Of a stretch of 44,765 nucleotides of DNA, positions 1-8,940 are shown in pieces. Each line of letters begins with the position of its first letter. Position 1 is the stretch's first letter. The notes beneath the pieces are model-generated. The model saw only the letters and a list, made by a program, of their open reading frames with translations, did not search any database and had not been told where the DNA came from. The stretch covers positions 1 through 44,765 of the forward strand of contig WOYR01000255.1 of the NCBI GenBank assembly GCA_011620705.1, given 5' to 3'. The position numbers and the translations under genes were made by a program. Source of the stretch: Microbacteriaceae bacterium. Its GTDB lineage: Bacteria > Actinomycetota > Actinomycetes > Actinomycetales > Microbacteriaceae.

Positions 1-1
1 C

Positions 2-673
2 GACGTGGCCGCGCTCGACGCGGACCCGCTGCGGTGCTTCGACCCCGCGACATCCGCGCAGATGGTGGCCGAGGTGGATGACGCGCATGACAGCGGCGAC
101 ACCCTGGGCGGCATCGTCGAGGTGCTGGCCTACGGCCTGCCGGCGGGCCTCGGCAGCTACGCCCAGTGGGACCGCAGACTGGATGCGCGGCTCGCCGCGG
201 CCGTCATGAGCATCCAGGCGATCAAGGGTGTCGAGCTCGGCGACGGCTTCGAGACCACCCGTCGGCGCGGGTCGCAGGCGCACGACGAGCTCGTCGTGCT
301 CCCGAACGGGTCCGGCGACGGCCTGATCACGCGGCTCAGCGACAGGGCGGGCGGCACGGAGGGCGGGATGAGCACCGGGACCCTGCTGCGTGTCCGAGCC
401 GGGATGAAGCCGATCGCGACCGTGCCGCATGCGCTGCGAACGGTGGATGTGGCGACCGGATCGGCGGCGCCCGCCCACCATCAGCGCTCCGACGTCTGCG
501 CGGTGCCGGCTGCCGGCGTCGTCGCGGAGGCCATGGTCGCCCTCGTGCTGGCCGCAGCCATGCTGGAGAAGTTCGGCGGCGATTCGGTGGGCGAGACCCG
601 GCGCAACCTCGAAGCGTACCTCGCCTCGATCCCGGGCTCGCTGCGCACATCCTCGAGCTCGGCGCCGGAGTGA
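2..673 (+). CDS. aroC: Chorismate synthase, C-terminal part (5' end outside window)
   Basis: [41 protein letters not shown] and RSDVCAVP motifs; first gene of the aroCKBQ cluster. Confidence 0.97.
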   Translation, partial: DVAALDADPLRCFDPATSAQMVAEVDDAHDSGDTLGGIVEVLAYGLPAGLGSYAQWDRRLDARLAAAVMSIQAIKGVELGDGFETTRRRGSQAHDELVVLPNGSGDGLITRLSDRAGGTEGGMSTGTLLRVRAGMKPIATVPHALRTVDVATGSAAPAHHQRSDVCAVPAAGVVAEAMVALVLAAAMLEKFGGDSVGETRRNLEAYLASIPGSLRTSSSSAPE

Positions 674-1170
674 CCGGTGGCCCGCCGGTCGTGCTCATCG
701 GACCGATGGGGGCTGGCAAGACGCGGATCGGCAAGCGGGTGGCCCGCATCCTGGGCACTGGATTCGTCGACACGGACAAGATGATCGTCGCCGAGAACGG
801 GCCGATCGCCGCGATCTTCAAGGCGCAGGGGGAGCCGCATTTCCGTGCACTGGAGCGGGCAGCCGTGAAGCACGCCCTCGAAGGGGACGACGTGGTCGCC
901 CTCGGCGGCGGTGCGATCCTGGACGACGAGACGCGAGCAGAGCTGAGCACGCAGCGGGTGGTGCTCGTGACGGTCTCGGCGGCGGCCGTCGCGCCCCGGA
1001 TCGCGGATGGCCGCCGCCCGCTGCTGCGGGATGGACTGACCGACTGGGAGCGGATCTACGCCGAGCGGCGGCACCTGTACGAGCAGCTCGCCAAGCTGAC
1101 CGTTGACACCTCGCACCGCCCGATCGGCGATATCGCGAAGGAGGTGGCAGCGTGGGCGACGAAGGCGTGA
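670..1170 (+). CDS. aroK: Shikimate kinase
   Basis: GTG at 670 overlaps the aroC stop (GTGA); Walker [23 protein letters not shown] and RPLL motifs. True start is internal to ORF 166..1170. Confidence 0.95.
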   Translation: MTGGPPVVLIGPMGAGKTRIGKRVARILGTGFVDTDKMIVAENGPIAAIFKAQGEPHFRALERAAVKHALEGDDVVALGGGAILDDETRAELSTQRVVLVTVSAAAVAPRIADGRRPLLRDGLTDWERIYAERRHLYEQLAKLTVDTSHRPIGDIAKEVAAWATKA

Positions 1171-2234
1171 CCGAGATCCCGGTTGCCGGCGACCCCGGCT
1201 ACTCCGTCTTCGTGGGGCGCGGGCTGCAGTCGCGGCTCGGAGAGTTCCTCGGACCCCGGGTGCGCAAGGTGCTGGTCGTGCACGCCCCGACGCTCGGCGC
1301 CCGGGCTGAGGCGCTGCGCGAGCAGCTGACGCCGAGGTTCGAGGTGCTGCTGGCCGAGATCCCGGATGCCGAGGCCGCCAAGCGCGTCGAGGTCGCCGCG
1401 TTCTGCTGGCAGGTGATGGGGCAGACCGACTTCACCCGTTCCGACGCGGTCGTCGGACTCGGCGGGGGAGCCACGACGGACCTGGCGGGATTCGTCGCCG
1501 CGACCTGGCTGCGGGGCGTGGACCTCATCCAGCTGCCCACCACCGTGCTGGGCATGGTCGACGCGGCAGTGGGCGGCAAGACCGGCATCAACACGGCCGA
1601 GGGCAAGAACCTGGTCGGCGCGTTCTGGGCGCCGCGCGCCGTGCTGTGCGATCTGGATGCGCTCGACACGCTGAGCAGGAACGAGGTGCTCGCCGGCTAT
1701 GCCGAGATCGCCAAGGCCGGCTTCATCGCCGAGCCCGAGATCCTCGACACGATCGAAGCCGATGTGGATGCCGCTACCGACCCCTCGACGCCGCAGTTCC
1801 GCCGCAATCTGGAACTCGCCATCGCGATGAAAGCCCGGATCGTCGGCGAGGATTTCACGGAGCAGGGTGTGCGCGAGATCCTGAATTACGGTCACACGCT
1901 CGGCCACGCGATCGAGCACGCCGAGCGCTACCAGTGGCGGCACGGCGCCGCGATCGCGATCGGGATGGTGTTCGCCGCGGAACTCTCGCGGCTGACGCGC
2001 TCGCTCAGCGACGCCGCCGTCGACCGGCACCGGCGGGTGCTCTCGCTGCTCTCGCTGCCGACGACGTACCCGGCGGGTCGCTGGCCGATGCTGCTGTCCA
2101 CGATGAAGCGCGACAAGAAGGCCCGCGGCGACTTGCTGCGTTTCATCGTGCTGGACGACATCGGCCGCCCGACGACGCTGACCGGTCCCGAGGAGCAGCT
2201 GCTGTTCGCCGCGTACCAGGAGCTCGCCGAGTGA
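1167..2234 (+). CDS. aroB: 3-dehydroquinate synthase
   Basis: GGGATTDLAGF, PTTVLGMVDAAVGGKTGIN, LNYGHTLGHAIE, HGAAIA and RDKK motifs; GTG at 1167 overlaps the aroK stop. Confidence 0.96.
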   Translation: MTEIPVAGDPGYSVFVGRGLQSRLGEFLGPRVRKVLVVHAPTLGARAEALREQLTPRFEVLLAEIPDAEAAKRVEVAAFCWQVMGQTDFTRSDAVVGLGGGATTDLAGFVAATWLRGVDLIQLPTTVLGMVDAAVGGKTGINTAEGKNLVGAFWAPRAVLCDLDALDTLSRNEVLAGYAEIAKAGFIAEPEILDTIEADVDAATDPSTPQFRRNLELAIAMKARIVGEDFTEQGVREILNYGHTLGHAIEHAERYQWRHGAAIAIGMVFAAELSRLTRSLSDAAVDRHRRVLSLLSLPTTYPAGRWPMLLSTMKRDKKARGDLLRFIVLDDIGRPTTLTGPEEQLLFAAYQELAE

Positions 2235-2243
2235 CCCGCCCCG

Positions 2244-2325
2244 CCCCGATCGTTCGGGAGGATGACACGCGGGATGCAGGTGCATCGACTCGCGTCAGCC
2301 CCCGTGCCGTCCTCCCGAACCGGGG
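2244..2325. repeat. Long imperfect inverted repeat (REP-like stem-loop or terminator) between aroB and aroQ
   Basis: GTTCGGGAGGATGACACG (2252-2269) is complementary to CGTGCCGTCCTCCCGAAC (2303-2320) with one G-T and one mismatch; outer CCCCG/CGGGG; inner GATGCA-GG-TGCATC (2273-2286). Confidence 0.7.
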
Positions 2326-2329
2326 TCGC

Positions 2330-2335
2330 TAGGGT
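2330..2335 (+). promoter_or_regulatory. Putative -10 element of leaderless aroQ transcript
   Basis: TAGGGT followed by exactly 6 nt and then ATG 2342; no SD. Confidence 0.6.
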
Positions 2336-2341
2336 TGGCCT

Positions 2342-2779
2342 ATGTCGCGCGTGCTGGTGCTCAACGGGCCGAACCTCGGGCGGCTGGGCAGCCGTGAGCC
2401 CGAGGTCTACGGGACGCAGGACCTGAACGCGCTGCGGGTGCTGCTGGCCGAGCAGGCGGGCTCCGCCGTCGAGATCGACGTGCGGCAGAGCGACGACGAG
2501 GCCGAGCTGATCCACTGGCTGCACGAAGCGGTGGATGCCGCGACCCCCGTCATCCTGAACCCCGCCGCGTTCACGCACTACAGCTACGCACTGCGCGATG
2601 CGGCCGCCCTCGTGACCCGGGCCGGGATCCCCCTGGTCGAGGTGCACATCAGCAACCCGCACGCGCGCGAGGAGTTCCGCCACAGCAGCGTGATCTCGGG
2701 CGTTGCGACCGGGGTGATCGCGGGGTTCGGCTTCGACTCGTACCTGCTGGCGCTGCGCGTGGTGGCGCCGGGGACGTAG
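2342..2779 (+). CDS. aroQ: Type II 3-dehydroquinate dehydratase
   Basis: LNGPNLGRLGSREPEVYG, NPAAFTHYS and EVHISN..REEFR motifs. Confidence 0.97.
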   Translation: MSRVLVLNGPNLGRLGSREPEVYGTQDLNALRVLLAEQAGSAVEIDVRQSDDEAELIHWLHEAVDAATPVILNPAAFTHYSYALRDAAALVTRAGIPLVEVHISNPHAREEFRHSSVISGVATGVIAGFGFDSYLLALRVVAPGT

Positions 2780-2887
2780 CGGCCCGAGGCGCCCTGCTCC
2801 CGTACACTCGATGGGGCGCTTCCGGCGCCTTGTCCCGAGACGCGGCTGCGCCGCTGCTCGACCAGCGACTCCAGGATCGGATTCACC

Positions 2888-3445
2888 ATGGCCTCGACCA
2901 ACGACATCAAGAACGGCAGCGTCCTCAATCTCGACGGGCAGTTGTGGACGATCGTCGAGTTCCAGCACGTCAAGCCCGGCAAGGGCGGCGCCTTCGTGCG
3001 CACCAAGATGAAGAACGTGATGAGCGGCAAGGTCGTCGATCGGACATTCAACGCGGGGACCAAAGTCGACTTCGCGACCGTCGACCGCCGCGATTTCACC
3101 TATCTGTACCGCGACGGCGACGGCTTCGTCTTCATGGACACCGCCGACTACGACCAGACGACGGTGCCGAGCAAGATCGTCGGCGATGCCGCGGACTACA
3201 TGCTCGAGAATCAGACGGTGACGATCGCCAGCAATGATGGCGAGCCGCTCTACGTCGAGCTGCCCGCCTCGGTGGTGCTCGAAGTGACCTACACCGAGCC
3301 GGGCCTGCAGGGAGACCGTTCCAGTGCCGGCACCAAGCCCGCGACCCTGGAGACGGGGGCCGAGATCCAGGTGCCGCTGTTCCTCGAGACCGGCACGAAG
3401 GTCAAGGTCGACACCCGCACCGGCGAATATCTCGGCCGCGTCTAG
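2888..3445 (+). CDS. efp: Elongation factor P
   Basis: [28 protein letters not shown] and VDTRTGEY; candidate -10 TACACT at 2803-2808. Confidence 0.98.
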   Translation: MASTNDIKNGSVLNLDGQLWTIVEFQHVKPGKGGAFVRTKMKNVMSGKVVDRTFNAGTKVDFATVDRRDFTYLYRDGDGFVFMDTADYDQTTVPSKIVGDAADYMLENQTVTIASNDGEPLYVELPASVVLEVTYTEPGLQGDRSSAGTKPATLETGAEIQVPLFLETGTKVKVDTRTGEYLGRV

Positions 3446-3460
3446 GCTGCGGGCATTCCC

Positions 3461-3892
3461 ATGAGCGCCCGCACCAAGTCGCGCAAACGCGCCATCGACA
3501 TCCTGTTCGGCGCCGACCTGCGCGAACTGCCCATCTCGAGCCTGCTCGACGAGGAAGCAGCGCGCGCCGAAGCGGAACCGCGGCGCGAGTCGTCCTGGCC
3601 GTATGCGCGGGACATCGTCGAGGGCGTCGAGTCGCATCTGAGCGAGCTGGATGCCGCGATCCGCTCGCACGCCCAGGGCTGGCCGCTCGAGCGCATGCCT
3701 GTGCTCGACCGGACGATCGCGCGGATCGGCGCATGGGAGATCCTGTACAACGAGCAGGTTCCGGACGCCGTGGCGATCGCCGAAGCCGTCGAGTCGGCAG
3801 CACTGCTGAGCACGGAGGACTCCGCCGGCTTCCTCAACGGGCTGCTGGGCGCGATCGCCCGCGACAGCGCGATCGCCCGCGAACGGGGCTGA
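3461..3892 (+). CDS. nusB: Transcription antitermination factor NusB
   Basis: RTKSRKRA arginine-rich N-terminus, WPLERMPVLDR, EAVE and FLNGLL; follows efp. Confidence 0.95.
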   Translation: MSARTKSRKRAIDILFGADLRELPISSLLDEEAARAEAEPRRESSWPYARDIVEGVESHLSELDAAIRSHAQGWPLERMPVLDRTIARIGAWEILYNEQVPDAVAIAEAVESAALLSTEDSAGFLNGLLGAIARDSAIARERG

Positions 3893-3907
3893 CCCGGCGA
3901 GCCGGGT
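3892..3907. terminator. Hairpin between convergent nusB and marR (putative bidirectional terminator)
   Basis: ACCCGGC-GA-GCCGGGT lies directly between the two stop codons; no U-tract. Confidence 0.5.
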
Positions 3908-4348
3908 TCACTCGGCGTCGATCGTCGCCAGCCGTTCGAGCGCAGGCAGCGCGTCGCGCAGGGAGGCGAGCTGCTCCGGCTGCAGCTTCTCGAGCAGCTC
4001 CGCCAGCAGTTCGGCACGGGCCGAGCTGGCGCTGAGGACCTCGTACTCTCCCTGGCCGGTGACGCTGACCAGGACGGAACGGCCGTCGCTGGCATCCGGT
4101 TCGCGGCTGATGAGCCCGAGCTCCTGGAGGTCGCGCAGGGTCCTGGTCATCGTCGGAGCGCTCACGAACTCCCGCTGGGCGAGATCGCCAGGTCGGATCG
4201 GACCGCTCCTGAAGATCGTCGCCAGCGCGCTCAGGTGGCCCTGGCCGAGCCCTCGGCCCGCCGCGAGCATGCGCCGGTTGGCACGGCCGATGGCGAACGA
4301 GAGGCCTCGCGACAGCTCGGAGATGGAGGAGGGTTCGGTGTCCGGCAT
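3908..4348 (-). CDS. MarR family transcriptional regulator
   Basis: Winged helix LAQREFVSAPTMTRTLRDLQELGLISR followed by DxxDGRS wing motif; 146 aa; -10 TATCCT (4355-4360, minus) lies 6 nt before ATG. Confidence 0.9.
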   Translation of the reverse strand: MPDTEPSSISELSRGLSFAIGRANRRMLAAGRGLGQGHLSALATIFRSGPIRPGDLAQREFVSAPTMTRTLRDLQELGLISREPDASDGRSVLVSVTGQGEYEVLSASSARAELLAELLEKLQPEQLASLRDALPALERLATIDAE

Positions 4349-4370
4349 GGACAGAGGATACTTCCGGCCC

Positions 4371-4379
4371 TGATACGCT
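4371..4379 (+). promoter_or_regulatory. Putative extended -10 promoter of the pyr operon
   Basis: TGA-TACGCT (TGn-TAnnnT) just upstream of the PyrR-binding hairpin. Confidence 0.55.
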
Positions 4380-4393
4380 GAGCCTCATCGACA

Positions 4394-4428
4394 TCCTTTA
4401 AGTCCGTCCGGAGAGACGGGGAAGGAGG
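4394..4428 (+). promoter_or_regulatory. PyrR-binding RNA stem-loop overlapping the pyrR Shine-Dalgarno
   Basis: TCCTTTAAGTCCGTCCGGAGAGACGGGGAAGGAGG: CTTTAA and GTCCnGnGAG consensus; CCGTC/GACGG upper stem; TCCTT/AAGGA lower stem contains the SD. Confidence 0.8.
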
Positions 4429-4433
4429 TCAGA

Positions 4434-4991
4434 ATGACTGCACGGACCGTGCTGCAGCAGGCTGACATCACGCGGGCGCTGACCCGCATCGCGCACGAGA
4501 TCCTCGAGTCGAACGCGTCCCACGACGGCGCTTCCTCGCGGATCGTGCTTCTCGGCATCCCGACCCGCGGCGTGCTGCTCGCCCGTCGGCTCGGTGCGAT
4601 CCTCGAGCAGCTGGCCCCGGGTGCTGCGGAGGTCGGCGCCCTCGACGTCACGATGTACCGGGACGACCTGGCTCGGCAGCCGACCCGCACGCCGAGCCCG
4701 AGCTCGGTCCCGTCCGATGGCATCGACGGCAAGACCGTTGTGCTCGTCGACGACGTGCTCTACTCGGGCCGCACCGTCCGGGCCGCCCTCGACGCGCTCA
4801 GCGATCTCGGCCGTCCGCGCGCGGTCCGGCTGGCGGCGCTGATCGATCGCGGGCACCGCGAACTCCCGATCCGCGCAGACTTCGTCGGCAAGAACCTGCC
4901 GACCTCGCAGACGCAGCGCATCTATGTGAAGCTCCTCGAGTCCGACGGCCAGGACCTGGTCGCGGTCTTCGACGAGGAGGACCAGGGATGA
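4434..4991 (+). CDS. pyrR: Bifunctional pyrimidine operon regulator / uracil phosphoribosyltransferase
   Basis: [34 protein letters not shown] and [17 protein letters not shown]. Confidence 0.97.
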   Translation: MTARTVLQQADITRALTRIAHEILESNASHDGASSRIVLLGIPTRGVLLARRLGAILEQLAPGAAEVGALDVTMYRDDLARQPTRTPSPSSVPSDGIDGKTVVLVDDVLYSGRTVRAALDALSDLGRPRAVRLAALIDRGHRELPIRADFVGKNLPTSQTQRIYVKLLESDGQDLVAVFDEEDQG

Positions 4992-5944
4992 GGCACCTGC
5001 TCTCGGTGCGGGACCTGGACCGCGGCGCAGCGGTGGGGATCCTGGATCTGGCGGAGGACATGGCGGATGTCGCCACCCGCGCCGTGCCGAGGCTCCCGAC
5101 CCTGCGCGGACGCACCGTCGCCAACCTCTTCTTCGAGGACTCCACCCGGACCAGGCTCAGTTTCGAAGCCGCGGCCAAGCGGCTCAGCGCGGACGTGATC
5201 ACTTTCAGTGCGAAGGGGTCGAGCGTGTCGAAGGGCGAGTCGCTCAAGGACACCGCTCAGACCATCGCCGCGATGGGGATCGATGCGGTGGTCCTGCGGC
5301 ACCCGGCCAGCGGCGCCGCCCGTGTGCTGGCGGACGGCCAGTGGATCGACGCGGCCGTGATCAACGCCGGCGATGGCATGCACGAGCATCCGACGCAGGG
5401 GCTGCTCGACGCCTTCACGATGCGCAAGGCTGTGCACGGCACGGCCTCGAGGGGCACCGGCCTCGACGGCCTGCGGGTGACGATCGTCGGCGACATCCTG
5501 CACTCGCGCGTCGCCCGCTCGAACATCTGGCTGCTGAAGACGCTTGGCGCGAGCGTGCACCTGGTCGGGCCGGAGACCCTGCTGCCGGCGGGCGTCGGCG
5601 CATGGCCGGTGACGAGCGGCACCGATCTCGACGATGCCCTGGCCGGGAAGCCGGATGTCGTGATGATGCTGCGGGTGCAGGGCGAGCGGATGCATGCGGC
5701 CTACTTCCCGAACGAGCGCGAGTACTCCCGCCAGTGGGGCCTCGACGACGCGCGGCTGGCGCGGCTCGCCCCGGATACGATGGTGATGCATCCCGGCCCG
5801 ATGAACCGCGGCCTCGAGATCTCCTCGGCCGCTGCCGACTCGGCGCGATCGCTCGTGCTCGACCAGGTCGCGAACGGGGTGTCGATCCGGATGGCGGTCC
5901 TGTACCTGGTGTTGAGCGGCAGTGAAGGCAGAGGAGCGGTATGA
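4988..5944 (+). CDS. pyrB: Aspartate carbamoyltransferase catalytic subunit
   Basis: [29 protein letters not shown] and MHPGPMNRG. Confidence 0.97.
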   Translation: MRHLLSVRDLDRGAAVGILDLAEDMADVATRAVPRLPTLRGRTVANLFFEDSTRTRLSFEAAAKRLSADVITFSAKGSSVSKGESLKDTAQTIAAMGIDAVVLRHPASGAARVLADGQWIDAAVINAGDGMHEHPTQGLLDAFTMRKAVHGTASRGTGLDGLRVTIVGDILHSRVARSNIWLLKTLGASVHLVGPETLLPAGVGAWPVTSGTDLDDALAGKPDVVMMLRVQGERMHAAYFPNEREYSRQWGLDDARLARLAPDTMVMHPGPMNRGLEISSAAADSARSLVLDQVANGVSIRMAVLYLVLSGSEGRGAV

Positions 5945-7266
5945 GCCCCCTCACGAGCCTCCTCATCCGGGGTGCGACCCTCCCCGACGGCACCGCCACC
6001 GATCTGCTGGTCGATCACGGCGTGATCGCCGAGCGCGGATCCGGGCTTTCGCAGACGGGCTCGACGGTCATCGATGCCGCAGGCCTGCAGGCCCTCCCCG
6101 GCCTCGTCGACCTGCACACCCACCTGCGCGAGCCGGGCTTCGAGCAGAGCGAGACGGTGCTGAGCGGGTCCCGGGCGGCAGCGGCGGGCGGTTTCACGGC
6201 CGTGCACGCCATGGCCAACACCTCGCCGGTGGCCGACACAGCAGGGGTGGTCGAGCAGGTCGCCTCGCTCGGTGAGCAGCACGGCTACACGACCGTGCGC
6301 CCGGTGGGCGCGGTGACGGTCGGTTTGGCGGGGGAGCGGCTCAGCGAGATCGGGGCGATGGCGCAGTCGCGCGCCGCGGTGCGCGTCTTCAGCGACGACG
6401 GCAGATGCGTGTCGGACGCGCTGCTGATGCGCCGGGCGCTCGAATACGTGAAGACCTTCGGCGGCGTCATCGCCCAGCATTCGCAGGAGCCGCGGCTCAC
6501 CGAGGGCGCGCAGATGAACGAGGGCGCGCTCAGCTCCGAGCTGGGGCTCGCCGGCTGGCCGGCGGTCGCCGAGGAGGCGATCATCGCGCGGGACGTGCTC
6601 CTGGCGCAGCACGTGGGCGCCCGCCTGCACGTCTGCCACCTCTCGACCGCCGGCAGCGTGGAGGTGATCCGGTGGGCGAAGGCGCGCGGCATCCGGGTCA
6701 CGGCCGAGGTGGCACCGCACCACCTGCTGCTGGATGAGCAGCTCGTCGCCGGCTACGACGCGCGGTTCAAGGTGAACCCGCCGCTGCGGCGCTCTGAGGA
6801 TGTGCTGGCGCTGCGCGCGGCCCTGGCGGAGGGCGTGATCGACATCGTCGCGACCGATCACGCCCCGCATCCGATCGAGACCAAGGAGTGCGCATGGCAG
6901 GAGGCCAGCTTCGGCATGGTGGGCCTGGAGACCGCGCTCAGCGTCGTGCAGGCCGCCGTGGTCGACAGCGGCCAGATGAGCTGGGCCGACGTCGCGCGCG
7001 TGCTCTCGGGCAAGCCGGCCGAGATCGGGCGGCTGTCCGGATACGACGCACCGTTCACCGTCGGTGCCCCGGCGAATGTCACGCTGGTCGACCCGGGCGC
7101 GCGCCGGGTGTTCGGCGTCGAGCTGCTGCGCGGCAAGAGCGTGAACACCCCGTACCTCGGCCGGGAGCTGCCCGGCCGCGTCGTTGCGACCGTGCACCGC
7201 GGGGTGCCAACGGTGCTGGACGGCGAACTGCGCACCCCCGAGGAGGTGGCGAACCATGTCGAATGA
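5941..7266 (+). CDS. pyrC: Dihydroorotase
   Basis: [17 protein letters not shown] and ATDHAPH amidohydrolase motifs. Confidence 0.96.
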   Translation: MSPLTSLLIRGATLPDGTATDLLVDHGVIAERGSGLSQTGSTVIDAAGLQALPGLVDLHTHLREPGFEQSETVLSGSRAAAAGGFTAVHAMANTSPVADTAGVVEQVASLGEQHGYTTVRPVGAVTVGLAGERLSEIGAMAQSRAAVRVFSDDGRCVSDALLMRRALEYVKTFGGVIAQHSQEPRLTEGAQMNEGALSSELGLAGWPAVAEEAIIARDVLLAQHVGARLHVCHLSTAGSVEVIRWAKARGIRVTAEVAPHHLLLDEQLVAGYDARFKVNPPLRRSEDVLALRAALAEGVIDIVATDHAPHPIETKECAWQEASFGMVGLETALSVVQAAVVDSGQMSWADVARVLSGKPAEIGRLSGYDAPFTVGAPANVTLVDPGARRVFGVELLRGKSVNTPYLGRELPGRVVATVHRGVPTVLDGELRTPEEVANHVE

Positions 7267-7786
7267 CCAATGGTTGATCCTGGCGTCCGCCCTGATCCCG
7301 TTGGCGCTCATCGCGCTGGGCATGGTGATCGGATGGCGCGCCCTGCGGCGCCGCACCAGCGACATCAGAGGGCTCGCGCCCGTGCCGTCCGAGGCGGGCG
7401 AGACCCTGTTCGGCGAAGACCTGCTGTATGTCGCGACCACCCGTGCCGGGCAGCCGCTCCAGCGCATCGCGGTGAAGGGGCTCGCGTTCCGCGCGCGTGC
7501 GGTGCTGGCGGTCATGAGCGGCGGCATCAGGCTCGACCTGGCGGGCGCGCGGCCCGGTTTCATCCCGGCCGCTGCGCTGGAAGGCGTCGGCCGCGCCACC
7601 TGGACGATCGATCGCGTGGTGTCGAACGACGGCCTGGTCCTGGTGCGATGGCGGCAGGAGGCCGGTGCTCTCGACAGCTATTTCCGCTCGGCGGACCCTT
7701 CCGCCCTCGTCGAGGCCATCGAGAGGCTGCTCCCCGCTCACGCAGCCGCCGGCGCTGGTGCGGGCGGGCCGGGTGCTGCCGCGTGA
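7256..7786 (+). CDS. Conserved actinobacterial pyr-operon membrane protein (N-terminal TM helix, probable PH-like domain)
   Basis: ATG 7256 overlaps the pyrC end; hydrophobic N-terminus then GWR..RRR; [19 protein letters not shown]; occupies the pyrC-carA slot where other actinobacteria carry a similar gene. Confidence 0.8.
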   Translation: MSNDQWLILASALIPLALIALGMVIGWRALRRRTSDIRGLAPVPSEAGETLFGEDLLYVATTRAGQPLQRIAVKGLAFRARAVLAVMSGGIRLDLAGARPGFIPAAALEGVGRATWTIDRVVSNDGLVLVRWRQEAGALDSYFRSADPSALVEAIERLLPAHAAAGAGAGGPGAAA

Positions 7787-8940
7787 TCGCCAACGACCCC
7801 GCGGTCCTCGTCCTCGAGGACGGCACGCGCTACCCCGGCCGGGCATACGGCGCCCGCGGGCGGGCCCTCGGCGAAGCGGTCTTCGCGACCGGGATGACCG
7901 GATATCAGGAGACCCTGACCGACCCCAGCTACGCAGGCCAGATCGTGATCATGACGGCGCCGCACATCGGCAACACGGGCATGAACGACGAGGATCCCGA
8001 GTCCCGGCGCATCTGGGTCGCGGGCTATGTCGTGCGCGAGCCGTCGCGCGTCGTGAGCAACTACCGCGCAACGCGGAGCCTCGACGATGAGCTGGTGGAG
8101 AACGGCATCGTCGGCATGAGCGGGATCGACACCCGTGCCGTCACGCGGCGGCTCCGGGACGCCGGAGCGATGCGGGCAGGGGTCTTCTCCGGACCGGATG
8201 CCGCCATCAGCCCCGACGAGCAGCTCGCGATCGTGCGCAGCAGCCGCCGGATGGCGGGGCTCAACCTCTCGGCCGAGGTCTCGGTCGCGTCCGAGACCAT
8301 CACGCCCGCCGACTCGCCGACCGGAGAGGTTCTCGGCGCTCTGGCCGTGCTCGATCTCGGCGTGAAGCGGTCGACCATCGACAACCTCGCGCGGCGCGGT
8401 TTCGAGGTGCATGTGCTGCCGCAGGACTCCACGCTCGAGCAGATCCTCGCGATCCATCCGGTCGCGGCGTTCTACTCGAACGGGCCAGGCGACCCCGAGG
8501 CCGCGGACGAGCAGGTGGCGGTGCTGCGGGGCATCCTGGATGCCGGTCTGCCCTTCTTCGGCATCTGCTTCGGCAATCAGCTGCTCGGCCGCGCGCTGGG
8601 CCTCGGCACCTACAAGCTCCCCTTCGGGCACCGCGGGATCAACCAGCCCGTGCTCGACAAGGCCACCGGCCGGGTGGAGATCACCGCGCACAATCACGGT
8701 TTCGCGGTCGACGCGCCGCTCGAGGGCGTCATCGAGAGCCCCATCGGCTACGGACGGCTCGAGGTGAGTCACGTCGGGCTGAACGATGGCGTGGTGGAGG
8801 GTCTCAACGCCCTCGACATTCCCGCGTTCTCGGTGCAGTACCACCCGGAGGCGGCGGCCGGGCCCCACGACGCCAACCACCTCTTCGACCGCTTCGCCGA
8901 GCTGGTCCGGACCTCCCAGCAGAAGGGCGACACGATCTAG
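7783..8940 (+). CDS. carA: Carbamoyl-phosphate synthase small subunit
   Basis: [30 protein letters not shown] and VQYHPE; GTG at 7783 (GTGA overlap). Confidence 0.97.
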   Translation: MIANDPAVLVLEDGTRYPGRAYGARGRALGEAVFATGMTGYQETLTDPSYAGQIVIMTAPHIGNTGMNDEDPESRRIWVAGYVVREPSRVVSNYRATRSLDDELVENGIVGMSGIDTRAVTRRLRDAGAMRAGVFSGPDAAISPDEQLAIVRSSRRMAGLNLSAEVSVASETITPADSPTGEVLGALAVLDLGVKRSTIDNLARRGFEVHVLPQDSTLEQILAIHPVAAFYSNGPGDPEAADEQVAVLRGILDAGLPFFGICFGNQLLGRALGLGTYKLPFGHRGINQPVLDKATGRVEITAHNHGFAVDAPLEGVIESPIGYGRLEVSHVGLNDGVVEGLNALDIPAFSVQYHPEAAAGPHDANHLFDRFAELVRTSQQKGDTI

